64,000 bases of DNA from Camelus ferus (taxonomy: Eukaryota), in the NCBI RefSeq assembly GCF_009834535.1, contig NC_045697.1, forward strand, positions 106,146,001 to 106,210,000, written 5' to 3'. The translations under genes and the position numbers were made by a program. The first letter of the stretch is position 1. Each line of letters begins with the position of its first letter. The notes under the pieces are model-generated. The model ran no database searches and was not told the DNA's origin. It worked only from the letters and a program-made list of their open reading frames with translations. Of this stretch, positions 39,624-52,559 are shown piece after piece.

Positions 39624-40999
39624 TTTAGAGGTGTTCTGTCAAGATTTTTTTTGAAGGTCCTCATTTGGTATCATTCTATTTGACTCATGGACTAATAAGA
39701 GTGCTCAGTAGGACTGACTGAGCCAAAATCTGACAGGGTTTTGGATCTGCTAGAATGTAAACACTTCTAGGGCAGGGATTAAGCATAAGCTTTAGTTATT
39801 TCTCAATCTTTGTTGCCAAGCATATAGGAGACACTCAATTAATGCTTGTTAAATAAATAGATGAAGAAATAAAATAATGAAACAATAATCCTACAATTTT
39901 TATTTTACAAAGATAAGCAGTAATGTAGTGAGTGGTACGGTTGTTGTATTTGTGCAACTCACATTTCCTTTAAATACAGACCTGATGCCATATCTTAATG
40001 TCTTCTTCCTCAGTGCTTCCAACTTGCTTAGTGAAATGGGTTGAGGAAATGAGAACCACATCTCTGATTTTATCACTGACATCCAAGAAAAAAAAAAGGA
40101 ATTCACAACACTCATCCCATCAAATGAGGAAGACCTAATTCATCATCCTAAAGAATTTTTAATAATTTGACCATAGTTAAAAAATGCTAGTCAGACATAA
40201 TATAGCATTCCTGTTATCTTTATGTTGGATTATTCTTGTGAATGTACTAATGCTGAAATTTTAATCAACTGAACCATCTAAAATAAAATAACATTTTTTC
40301 CACCAGCAATTACATTTATCATGAAAACACATTCACATGATTTGCCCTTAACAACGAAAATCAAAGGAACATTAAAGAACATAAAAGAGGAGGCTGCAAG
40401 GTGTTTGTAGTTGGTAAAATGGAGATCAACGGGTATATATCCAAACAATTTTTCAAGTTCAGTTGAACTTAAAATATAATTTTCAGTGACTACATTATTC
40501 TCCTCAAGCAAACAGGTACTCTACAGGCAAAGCACAATATTGAACTAGCCATAGTACATTTAAACCTATCCAAATAATAACAGACCACTTCCTATGCTTG
40601 AGCAGATATAAGTGATATAAAATATATGGAGCTCCTTTCAAATCAGGATTTATTTGGGTTTTTCATTTTGTAATAATTAATGTTATAGACCACCTCGAAG
40701 AATGGGCTCAACACTCAACTTAGTTTTAACAAGAGTAATAAATGTCCATATTTTAAATAAGTTAAGGAAAATCAGTACAAGTCACGGTAGGGACTTTAGA
40801 AGGCAAATTAAATTACACATATATCATATAGCTACAAGAAAATATGCTCCCAAAAAGGAGATAAAAATGATGGATAGAAATCCAAGTAAATGCTGAGATG
40901 TGTATTTAAGAAGTCTAAAAAAGTGCAAAAGATATAAGCAGAACATGTAGTAGCTAGGATTATATTCACAATAAATCAGACTTATTGGATTATTACATC

Positions 41000-41390
41000 T
41001 TAGTCTGAGTTCCACTACTTTTAAACAAATGAGAAAATGTGGAAATTGTTTATAGAGAGAAGTGCCAAAAGACATTAAGGATTAGACAGAGGGCTTCTGA
41101 GGAACTATATTTTAAAAGGAATATTTTTAGCAGAAAGAAAGAGTCTTAAGCATCTATGCAGAGCTTTTATTTTGTGGAGAGTGAAATAGTTACAACTGCA
41201 ACAAAGAGTGTGTAAGAAAAGAAACTCTTAACGTTGCAAAGTAGAAAATTCTGACAGAGGAGATCATAAAAATCAGACTTGACTGTCAAGGACAATTGAG
41301 TAATTTCCATAGTCTTTAAAGATGGGATAGATTCTCATTTGGCTAATGTACATCAGGTCTTGCCCGAAGGCAGTGGTATAAACTGAAGGG
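41000..41390 (+). mobile_element. CR1/L3-like LINE 3' end
   Basis: gtctttaaagatgggatagattctcatttggct..gtcttgcccgaaggcagtgg resembles the CR1 terminus. Confidence 0.5.
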
Positions 41391-41920
41391 CATAAAAAAG
41401 ATACCTTGTACTCATAATAGGTAACAAAACAGTGATTAGACCAGGAAATCTGCTTCCAGTATTAATTACATAACTTAATTAACCACATATTATAAAGGTA
41501 AGTAAAATTTACTATATGAAGGGCTCAAAATGATGTATGACAAAGAAGTAGCAGAACTAGAGCTCATTACTCAGAATCTGAACTAATTAGAAACCTTACT
41601 GTAATACAATAATATGATTTCAGTTAAGAATGGACCAATGCTTTGAGAAAGTAATTTAATCATTCATTTGTATTCCCTAAATTATTTCCTTAAAAGATAA
41701 TGACTAACCTACCCCTTTTAAGGTATTATCATTAGAATTCCAAGAGTTCATTAATAAAATCTACAGCTTCCAGGCTGGAAATCCACCAAAGTCACAAAAG
41801 TACATGAAGGAGAAGAACAAGTCCAGCCTATCCGTGACAGGCCAGAGGGGCAGGGGTGCTTAGGGATAGACAGCTCATAGGGAAAGACAACCAAAGACAT
41901 GTTAAAAGACTAGCCTTCCA

Positions 41921-42077
41921 GTCAAAACAGGGAGGAGAGCTGCTGCCACGAAGAACCTATATCTTCAAAGAGACAGAGTTTAAAACTCAGAGATGCTAAT
42001 CAGTTACTCAATATTGTCATCTTTTCTTCTGTGGAGTGAATAAAAGAATGGCTCGTTCATGTGAAAAAAAAAAAAAA
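41921..42077 (+). pseudogene. Short retrocopy (3' end of an unidentified polyadenylated RNA)
   Basis: Perfect 17-bp TSD AAAAGACTAGCCTTCCA at 41904-41920 and 42078-42094, a TT/AAAA site, AATAAA at 42039-42044 and poly(A) from 42064. Confidence 0.9.
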
Positions 42078-43089
42078 AAAAGACTAGCCTTCCAAAATAA
42101 CTTTCCTGAAAATAAGTTTGACAAGACATGTGCTCTAGGAAAAAAAAAAAAAAATTACGGATTTTTAAAATTCATATTCTAAGATTATAAAATTATAATT
42201 CAGAAGAAATACTTTGTTCATATTCAAGCCCAGGAATTCTGGGATATAAAATATGGATATACTAAATATTTTTAGAGTGTGTATGGTCTTTATAATTTGT
42301 TAGCAACCCATGCCATTTGTAGAACATTCAGTAACTCTATTAACTACTTTTCAGCTCTTACTGATGATCTGTCTCTAAATCTACAGAGTGAAATCAATAA
42401 ACAGGAGTGCCTACATTGTGGAGTATTAATGTTGGACACATAATAAATTCCCAGAGCTATCTTCCTTAAAATGTTTATAGCCAAGGAGTTACTGAGTTTC
42501 AGAAAGCACTTCTGTAATAGACTAATCTTTTTCAAGGCAAATACTGCAAACTCTTGTCAATCAATTTAATAACAACTGTAATTTAAAAAGATTCAAGGCC
42601 CAGTCACTTACTAAAAAGGGAAAAGAAAGCATAAAACTTCAGGAGATGAGCCCTCAACTTATAACATAAGGCCACTTGTGTATTTCCTTTCGATTTGTTT
42701 TATTTGAACCAAATGTTTACAAATGGCTCTAAACAATGAACACAAATCTTTTAAAATGTAATAGGTCACATTCTGTTAATTTTCAGGGGGAAGTTGCAAA
42801 GAGTAAATAAATTGCAATCAGGGTCCTGATTCACCTTATAGAACCTAAAACCTTCAGCTTTCTTTTTCATAATTTTCTTTCTCTTTCTTTCCCTCTTCTT
42901 CCTCTAGGCTACCTATCAGAACTGAGCAATTAAATATACCTTTACACGTGCAAGTGAAATGAGATTGCATTAAATTTGTGACTCTCTATAGATAAGTTCT
43001 AATATGCTAGTTTTAAAATGTAAAGATAAAAGTCATCTTTCAAAAATATTAGCAAATTAAATTTTAATATCTTGGTTCTTTAAATTATG

Positions 43090-43900
43090 TTTTCAACTAC
43101 TTCTATAGCTTTACTGAAGCATAAATGAAAAACTACACATATTTAAAATGTGTAATTTGACGAATTTTGACATATGTTTGCATCCGTGGAACCATCACGC
43201 ATCACCACAATCGAGTTAATAAACATTTCCATCACCCCCCAAAATTTTGTAACCCATCACATCTCACTTCTATTTCTCATCCCCAGCCCAGGTAACCACA
43301 GATCTGCTCCTGTCATAGGCCTAGTTTGTTTGCAACTTCTAGACTTCTATACAGATAGAATCATACTCTTGTACTCTTTTGTTGTCTGACCTCTTTCAGT
43401 GTAATTCTTTTGAGATTTAGCCATATTGTTTGTTACATGCATCGTATATATTCAATAGTCTGTTCTTTTATATTGATGAATAGTATTCTGCATGGATATA
43501 TCACAGTTTGTTTATCCTTCCATCTGTATATGGGCAATTGAGTTGTTTCTACTTTGAGTCTTTTACAAAAAAGGGTCTATGAATATTTATGTACAAGTAT
43601 TTGTATAGACATATACTTTCTTTTCTCTTAGGCAAATAGCTAGGAGTGGTATGGCTGGGTTGTATAGCAAGTGTACATTTAATTTTCTAAGAAAGCGTCA
43701 AAGTATTTTGCACAGTGTTTTTACCCTTTTACTTTTGTATCAGCAGAATATTGGTGTTCTAGTTGCAGCACTTGGAGTGTTTAGTCTTTTTAATTTTGGC
43801 CCCTACGGTAGATGTGTAGTAGTATCCCACTGTGTTTAGTTTACATTTCCCTAATGCCAAAAATGGTGCACATCATTTTTGGGTTTGTTGGTCATTCTTA
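43090..43900 (-). mobile_element. L1MB-type 3' end
   Basis: atttaaaatgtgtaatttgacgaattttgacatatg, aacatttccatcaccccccaaaa and gctaggagtggtatggctgggttgtatag. Confidence 0.8.
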
Positions 43901-43919
43901 AATTCTTCTCTCTTCTTAT

Positions 43920-44710
43920 GTTGTATTTATTTTTAAAATGTATTTACAGTAAAATTCATTCTTTTTGGTATACTAGTTAGTTTTAGTAATTTTTAGAGTC
44001 ATGTAACCACACTATGATCAAAATACAGAACAGTTTCATCACCTTAAGAACTCCCTCACAGGACCTCTTTGTAGTCAAACCCTCCCAGCAGCAGTAAACC
44101 CTGGCAATCACAAGACTGATTCTCTCCTATTAGTTTTGTTTTCCAACATGTCATTTAAATGGAATCAAAATATAGCCTTTGAGTTTGGCTTCTTACACTT
44201 AACATTGAAATTCATCCATGTTATTGTAGCAATAGTTCTTCCTTTTTTATTGCTGAATAGTACTTCATTGTACAGATGTTAACAGATTTTAATTATTCAT
44301 TCACCAGTTGACAAACATTTGTGTTGTTCCAGCTTTTGGCATTTATGATTAAAGCTGCTATATACATTCATATACAGGTTCTGTGTAAGCAAACACTTTC
44401 ATTTCTTTTGGGTAATTTTCAAGGGGTAGGATGGCTGAGTTTCATGGTTAGATTATATTAACTATAAGAAAAAATCAACATTTTTAAGTATTGGTTGTGC
44501 AATTTTGCATTTCCACCATCAATATATGAGTGTTCCAGTTACTCTACATTCTTGCTAGACTTGAATTATCAGATTTTTAAATTTTACTTTAGTCATTCTA
44601 ATAGATGAGTAGTGGTAGGACTCGATGGGTTTTATTTGTATTTTCCTAAGGACTAGTAAATTGGTCATTATTTCATGTGTTTCTTTGTCATCTATATATT
44701 TTCTTTGTCT
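43920..44710 (-). mobile_element. Second L1MB/L1MC-type 3' end
   Basis: tacagtaaaattcattcttttt..catgtaaccacactatgatcaaaatacagaacagtttcatcacc. Confidence 0.8.
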
Positions 44711-44719
44711 TATTTTGTT

Positions 44720-45570
44720 TTTTTACCAAAATACAAAGTTAATTAATAGAGAGATAATACTATTAAAGATTAGTACTATTTCAACAAATAGTGCTAACAC
44801 ATTTGGATATCAATATGTTAAAAAAGAAAGAACTTCAACCTATACTTTGAGCTATGTAAAAAATATAACTCAAAATAAATCATTCACTGAAATGTAAAAC
44901 CTAAAACTATAAAATTTCTAGAAGAAAATCTTCAAACCAGAGGTCTAACCAGTGTTTCTTGGATATAACAGTAAAAGCATGAATCATAAAAGAATACAGT
45001 GGTAGATCTGACTTCATCAACATTTAAAAACTCCTGCTTTTCAGAAGATATCATTAAAAGAAAGAAAGGACAGCCACAGACTGGGAGAAAATATTTGCAA
45101 AGTATATATATGTTAAGAATTTATATTCAGAATATCTAAAGGACTCTCAACACTTAATAACAACAAAAAACAATATAAAAGTGGCCAAAACTTTGAAGAG
45201 ACACCTCACCAAGGAAGATAAGCAAATGACAAATACATGACAAGATGCTACATATCATTATCTACTAGATAAATGCAAATTAAAACCACAATGGCACACC
45301 AATACATAGCTATCAGAACAGCTGAAGTTAGAAAAATTGATTACACCAAGTACTGATAAAGCTATGGAACAAAAGCAACGCTTATATTTCTGTTGATGGT
45401 GGATATGAAATGGTATCACTTTGGAAAACAGTTTAGTCAAGAGAAATGCAAACACGTGTCTATGCACAGTCTTGCACGTGATGTTCACAGCAGCTTTCCT
45501 TATAGTATCACTTTTTTAAAAAACAACCCAAATGTCCATTATTAGGTGAACAGATAAACACAGTGTGTCT
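44720..45570 (+). mobile_element. Old L1 ORF2 3' fragment
   Basis: aatgtaaaacctaaaactataaaatttctagaagaaaa, agccacagactgggagaaaatatttgcaa and aaatgcaaattaaaaccacaatg. Confidence 0.85.
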
Positions 45571-45771
45571 TCACTATTCTAGTGGGGACACCAAAGTGAA
45601 AAACAGCCACATTTTAAATTGCAAGCATAATACTTAAGAACTAAAGGTAATACTCTATAGGGCCAATGTAATACTCCACATCATCTAAGTGATGGATAAG
45701 TGTACTTACATAAAGCACAAGGTCATTTCTTCTTTATTATAAAAGAAAATAATACAGGTTTAGTATCTTAC

Positions 45772-45934
45772 CTATATACTTATATCCTTCTTCCCCATTT
45801 ACTATGGGTCTCAGCCAAGTTGACCTAAGCCAATTATTATTACACACATGGGCACCTTGAGGAGGGTAGAGTGTAAATAACATTTCAATTGCATTGGATT
45901 TCTTGGTGATTTCAGAGTATTTTTCACAGGTCTT
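45772..45934 (-). CDS. IQCM: Internal coding exon of IQ motif-containing protein M (likely the penultimate exon)
   Basis: On the minus strand a T-rich tract and 'taacag|' acceptor precede the exon and a 'G|gtaaga' donor follows it. It translates without stops as KTCEKYSEITKKSNAIEMLFTLYPPQGAHVCNNNWLRSTWLRPIVNGEEGYKYI+G. This closely matches my recollection of the human IQCM C-terminal segment (EKYSE..KKS.AIEMLFTLYPP.GAHV......STWLRPIVNGEEGY.YI). Gene identity is from memory, not from a search. Confidence 0.88.
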
Positions 45935-46374
45935 CTGTTAAAAAAAAATTATTTAAAAAAAATTTTAGACATTGTTGAAAAATTTCTAAATGTGTTTCTT
46001 TAAGGGATGCAAATTGAATCCTAATGATTATGTTGATAACATAGTTTTCTTTAGCCAAAGATACTTCACCCAAAATAATTCCTAGCAAAAATTAAGACTT
46101 AAGGGCTTTAGTAGTAGAATTGTCAAACTATCAGTTTAAAGCAGTGTTGTTAATAGCTTTAGAGAAAAGTAAGATAACCAATTAACAGCATTCACATTAT
46201 ACACACTATAACATAACCATATTTTATAACATGACCATGTATTTCTTTAATTGCCACTAAACAATGAAATCAGAGTAATCTGACAAAAATGTTGAGTAAA
46301 TGTAGAGTTCCATAAACAGGAACTACTGAAATAATCAATATTCTTAGGCTTTGGTCTTTAACAAAATACAATAA

Positions 46375-46580
46375 CACAAACATAAATATTTATATAGCAC
46401 CTACTATATGCAAGGAATTGTTCCAATTGGTCTAAACCATTAACATATTTAACTTTCATAACACATTCTATAAGGCAGACACTGTTATTATTTCCATTTT
46501 ATATGAGGAATTTAAGGTCCAAAGAAATTAAATAACTTGCTTAAATCTTGCAATCTGTAAATGATTCAATTAAAATTTGG
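46375..46580 (-). mobile_element. MIR SINE
   Basis: atatttatatagcacctactatatgcaagg..ccattttatatgaggaa..aaataacttgc. Confidence 0.7.
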
Positions 46581-47984
46581 ATTGTGTGAGGAAATTCTTA
46601 TTTGCAAACAAATGCTTGTCAAGAGAACATGACCTGTGTTAACTAGTAGATAAGAAAGCTGGAATTAAAAAATAATTTGAATTGTAGAGTAAAAAATCTT
46701 CAGGTAATGGCTCTTGGGCCTCCAGTTTGTGTTTTCAGATTTTGGTTGACAAGCCAATGTCCTAAAATTTAATAAGGCAGTCTCTTGAGCAGTTCATTCA
46801 AAGTGACTTTACCTAGAAATATTTCAAAGAAAAGAGAGATACTGATGTAAATCTTTATTTAGAATCCCATTATATTGTCTTTCTTTCTCTTCCTATTATC
46901 CTACCTTCCTTTCTTTCTTCCCCTTTATTTTATTAAATATCAGTGTTTTGTGGTGCAGTGAGTATAAGGCAGTTTGACATAATGATTAAATGATTAAGAA
47001 AGTAGGTTTGTTGGTGGATAGTCAGCCAGGTATCAATCTAGCAATCAGAGTTTCTTTCTTTGAAACTGCAAAGAAAAAAATAAAGTAGGAAGAGCTAGCA
47101 ATAACAGCAGCCTATTTGGTGTGAAATTTCACTTAAGCTTTCTCTCTTACTCAAGATTTACATCCTTCTAATTCCTTTAGCTTAAACAAGATGTTTAGTA
47201 ACATTACTTAATAGGGTTATACTTACTTGTTTTTACAAAGCATTTTATTTCCCATAAAGGCAAATGTTTCCATTTTGGGCACAATAAAATGTCTACGCTA
47301 AAATCTAAGCAGTGGTGAATACAGAACTGGCACTTTCTCTTACTGGCTTATCCTGACTGAAGACTAAGTAGAAATAAGTGAAGTCTGTGTAATGTTGAAC
47401 TTGCCCAGGATAACGGGATACAGTGATAGCTGTAGTTTCAGACACACACTGAAGGTTTCTAGCTCACAGTCTTGCTAATGCCAGCATTTGCCATCAGGAA
47501 ATACAAATGGAGCCTTGCAGATTAAATCAACAAGGCATAATGATTTTTGAATTACTGTACGTTCCTTTGTAATATCAAAGTTGATTACAATAAGCATTTT
47601 TTATTTTAGAAAACATACAGCCTGTAAAACATGTCCTCTTCTTTTTGCTTTATTACTGCATGTCATCCCAAGATAAAAACAGGAATTTAATTTTCACTGC
47701 TGATATTGATAACTTGTTATTTATGGAGCACCTTTCTTTTAATATACTGCTAAGTCAATATTGCTACGTTGGATTTAGATGTAATAATGCTGTTCTCAGA
47801 ATGCGAAAGTGTAAGAGCTCTTCCTTATCCCTTCATATCAAGCATTATATGTAGTAAAACTCTGAGGAGCTCAGATTCTTGTGTCTAGGTCTGGTGTGTA
47901 GCAAAAGCCCACACAATATTTACATGACTCTCTATTGCTCCCAGGTCACCAAGCAGTCACTTATCTTCATTAGAGGTAGCAGCA

Positions 47985-48212
47985 GCAGTGGCTGAGAGCA
48001 GAGGCTCTCAACTGCTTGGTCAACAACCTGGATCTGCCAATTATGAGCTGTGTGACCCGAAGCAAGTTAGCTAACATCTCTCAGGCTTAGTATCTTAGTA
48101 AAAATGTTCACATGATAGTGTTGTAATGAAGACTATAAATGAGTTGACATAAAGTCCTTAGAAGAACACCTGGTCTATGGTCAGCATTACTTAAGTGCTA
48201 TTGTTGTTATTA
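47985..48212 (+). mobile_element. MIR SINE
   Basis: gatctgccaattatgagctgtgtgacccgaagcaagttagctaacatctctc. Confidence 0.7.
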
Positions 48213-48494
48213 TCGTGCTCTCCAGTTTAACAGATGATGGTACAGCCTCTATTCTATTTAGACAATGACTGGCAGCTTCCTGCTCCTCCCCCATCTTGCT
48301 TGTGCTCTGGATGGGTGAGTGGAAAAATGGTCAGTCATCCTGAAGTCACTGCCATTTCCGGTCACTCCTGCACTATTTTGGATGTTCTTGTTGGATACTG
48401 ATCAGGAATTTTTGGTTAATCAGTACTCGTGGGCTACTAATCAATGTAAGGGTGGTCTTCCTTGTTCTTAGTATCAGCAATAATAATAAGCAAC

Positions 48495-48668
48495 ATATTT
48501 TGTTGAATCTAAGACATTACAGCTGTTGATGACTCCATTAGTTTACATACTACTAAGAAATATAAATTGGCTGGAAATTTAACTATGGCATACCATTGAT
48601 TATAATACGTAGCTCAATTTTAGGGACATTAAAATATGAAAATACACATCTTACAGTTAGCAAAATCA
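48495..48668 (-). mobile_element. MER104-like Tc2/mariner MITE
   Basis: Termini catattttgttgaatctaagac / catcttacagttagcaaaat, and internal ccattgattataatacg..aattttagggacattaaaatatgaaaa. Confidence 0.55.
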
Positions 48669-48684
48669 AGATATACATTGACTA

Positions 48685-49530
48685 ACTGACAACTCTACTT
48701 GACTAGCAAATGGGCATCTTAATGTCTGTCTTGTGCCAGGTTCTGTCTCAGTAAACAGCCCCTACCTAATGACACAACCTAGAAAACAAGACCTCCTTGA
48801 CACTCACCTCACCACCCACTGCCACCCTCCCAGAAAAACTATCATCTAGTTTTATACAAACACTTTAGCCTCCTAAATAGTTTTCTTGGCCCTTTTGATC
48901 TTGTCCCTAAACTGCAGCCAGAATATTTTTAAAGTATTTGTAATACATTTTCTTATTTAATGGTTTCCTATTACATATATTTTCTCATCAGTGGTTTCCT
49001 GATGCTCTTAAAATAATATTGGGTCCTTACTATGTCCTAAAATATTCTGAACATTCGGGCCCTGCCTCCTCCTCCATCTTTTCTCTGGCAACCTTGGCTT
49101 TCTTTTAGTTTCATAAATACAGCTTGCATCCTCCTATTTCAGAACCTTAGCATAAGATGCTCTGTCTACCTGGCACATTCTCCTCCCACACCCTTTCCTC
49201 CATTGTCTCATTAACATCTACATCACCTGCATGTCTCTTCTCAAAGTCTCCTCTGACTCCCACCGAACTAGCTCAAGCCTTCACATTAAATCATCTCAGA
49301 GTTATTGTCTGCTATACTTTTCCTCCATTACACTTACTGAAGTTTGTAATTATATTATTTCTATTATTACTTAAGATCTGTCTCCCTCAGAAGATTATCA
49401 GTTAAAACAGTAACTAGTCTCAGGCACAGGGCAGGCAAAGTCCATTCAATGTTTGCTGACCATAGAATCTCCTAATACCTAGCCCTGTGCCTGATAGAAA
49501 GGGTCAATAAAAGACTTTTTAATTAACAAA
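48685..49530 (+). mobile_element. L2 3' portion
   Basis: actgcagccagaatatttttaaa, atgctctgtctacctggcacattctcc and cctagccctgtgcctgatag..tcaataaa. Confidence 0.65.
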
Positions 49531-49539
49531 TACAATAAT

Positions 49540-49800
49540 AATTAATAGTATTCATTGGGAGCTTAGTATATAGCAGGCAGGGTGCTAAGCAGGTTACATA
49601 CATTCATTAATTTAATCCTAAAACAACATGTTTGCCTTGCTGACAATCCTTTGAGTTCAATATTATCATACTCATATCATAGCTCAAGAGACGGAGGCGT
49701 ATAGAGGTTACAGAGCATGTCCACTGGCCTCAGAGCCAGTAAGTGGTGAAGCCAGGATCTAATCTCAATTCTAACTTCAAAGCCTGTCCTTTGGACCAGG
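49540..49800 (-). mobile_element. MIR SINE
   Basis: cattgggagcttagtatatagcaggcagggtgctaagc..agaggttacagagcatgtcc..ccagtaagtggtgaagccaggat. Confidence 0.7.
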
Positions 49801-52559
49801 ATGCCACATTATTTTAAACACACAGCTCCTGGTATCTTGGGACTGTTAGCACCTCAGTTGGTTGCTAGTCATCGGGTAGCCTCTCCCTTTGAAGTCTTCT
49901 TCCAATCTTTCTAAATCCTTCAGCTGTCCCTGCATAGTCTGCTAGTCAGGCACTATGGTTTCTCTCACTATAGCAGCAGCTCATAGCTCTTTCCAGGCAG
50001 TTTTCAGATGTTAAGCCTCTCTGCAAGAACTTGTTTTACAGAGGCTACTGATGAGCCCTCAGGTCAAAACCACTGTTCATCAACTGGTCATAACTCTCTT
50101 TGTTTGCTAAGGATGGAAGTCAAAATAAAAACCCAGTGGGACCTCCTTAGACACCTCTAGTTTCCCCTTGCCTCTCAGAAAAGTGAGGCTCATTATGCTT
50201 AATACTCAGAGTAGATCATGAGTGCTCAGAGAACCCAAAGATGCCCTTGCCTTCATCTCCAACACAGGGCGCTGTATTATTGAGAACTCATTGCTTCCCT
50301 CCTGCAGAGCCTGAATTTGAACATTTAAGGCAGTGGTCCCCAAACTTGTACTTCAAGAATCACAGTGATTTAAAAAATATGTTATAAATGGAATCATACT
50401 AATGACTTATTTTTGTTTGGCAAATATTATGGTTCCATGGTTTTCTTAATATTATTTCATGATTTTAAAAGTATTATGTGTTCATGATAGAAAATTCTGG
50501 AAACACAAAAATGTATAAAGAATATATATTACTCTTAATATTTGCCAACTATAATCCCATATGCATGATTTTTATTCTCCCACAACCCCCAAGGAACTAT
50601 AACAGAGCATAGGTAGCTAATAGGATACTTGGTGGCAGATCACTCTTAGATCAAATAAAATATAAAATCTTTACTATTAAAAATAATACACTGATCAGCT
50701 ACTTAAAAAAATAAAAATAATTTATTAAAAATTTAGAATTAGGAAACAGATAAAAAATTACCAGCTTTACATTATAAGTAGGGATGAAGAAAAGAAAGAC
50801 TACTATCACAATTGTTCCTTTCTAAAATTATTATTAAAGGATATTTTAACACTAAAAATACATGAGCAGCACAATCTCAGTTGTGTACACAGTACACAAA
50901 GGAAATGTACTTTACATTGAGTGAGAAGAACCTTGGGTTCCCAGGATTTTTGAAAGTGTCAATTTCTTGCTAACGGCCTGTCTGCAATACAAATCCCAGT
51001 ACAGACTCAATACTTAAAAAGGGCTCATATGTAAATTGTTAAGTTCAGGACCAGCCTAAGTGTATCAGGGACAGTTAGATGGCTAACAAAGCTTTACTAA
51101 TGTCCCTGGGTTATTAAACCAGAATGGAAGACCTAGTTATTGATGTCAATTCTTAAGAAATATTTACAAGTATGGGCAGAAATAGCCTAAGAACTTGCAC
51201 TATTATGCAACTAAATTTATCACCAGCTAAAAACACACTTTATTGTCATCACATGAACAAAGTTCACAGGCTAAAAACAACAGTGACAGATAATGGAGAT
51301 TTTCTTCCACTGTGAATATTTTGCATTTATTAAATGCTGATTTATCTCTCATGGGCCACTGATCAGTCATATGAGGTTTTTAGCATGGGTTATCAAATGG
51401 GAGTTCAAACTGGTGGTCAAATAGTCTATAATCCAGAGTAAATGACCAATTTATAAATGTTGTACTTTTAATATCTTATCACTGTTAGAGCACTTTGTTT
51501 TCATGTTGCATTCATTTTCTTTGATTTGAATTAGATGAATGTCATAATTTTTGTCATGTGATTTTAATCCAAGCTTTCTCTATTCATTAGTAAATTTAAA
51601 AGAAGAATGTCAATGTATCAGTATAAAAAACTGCATATGTCTTGAACAAGGGAACATGAATCTAAAGCGTCTCCATTCCTAAATTAATGAAACTTTCTTA
51701 CATTTAATTTCTCTGAGCTGAACTATAAGATCTTACACATCATTGATAAAGGAGCAAAACACTAAGCAGAAAAACCTTAAGAGGCAAAACAGTTAAGGAG
51801 GCAGTTAAACAATATGCCACTGGATGATAAAACCAGGAAAAATAAATACAAGGAACATTGGTCTCTTATATTACACTTAAATATTAACATTGCTTAATTT
51901 AAGGAAGAGCAAAAATGTTCATTAACATTTGACTTAGAGTAAAGAATATAAAATAAGGACATGAATTAATTAAAATTTTGTTAAAGTATAGCAGCCTTAA
52001 TTTTAAAATTGTTAAAATATAGCAAATATTACTAGTTTTAAATTCCCTCAGTTCATGAAAACTGTAAATTTCACCAGAATGTTCTTTACCATATAATTCA
52101 ACGGTTAAATGTGGAAATATTGTGTCATTAATACATACACACCTCTATAAATCCAATCAGATTTCTACTGTGAAATAGAAAATTAGGAGATTGCAGTCAT
52201 TTGATTGCTGAATATTCAAAGTACAGGATATTTCAAAAGATTCACTTCTTCAGTGGAATAAGTACATAGATTAGTAAAGAATTATGCTAATATGTATTTT
52301 CATTCCCATGTTGATTTTTTTTTTGTCTTTTAGACTCATAAGCAAATTAAATACATTTTCAAGTATCAGATAAAGAAAGCTAAAAGACTTTTCACTTTTT
52401 CTCTCTTCATAGAATTTAGACAAAAACACAGAGCACATTACTGTACATAAACAAGTCACACTAGCTACATAAAACAAAATAATTTTGGTTAATGATTCTG
52501 AAAAAAATTATAAGGATTTCTTATGAGGGGCATTTTCTTTTTTTCTAACATCCTATATA

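Noticed and set aside
40278..40525. Minus-strand ORF with a nearby acceptor-like ctgtag
   Set aside because: Its phase is incompatible with the phase-1 IQCM donor, there is no clear donor, and I recognise no homology.
43920..45570. Opposed L1 pieces as a single twin-primed insertion
   Set aside because: Both pieces cover the same ORF2-end region and no TSD was found, so independent insertions are more likely.
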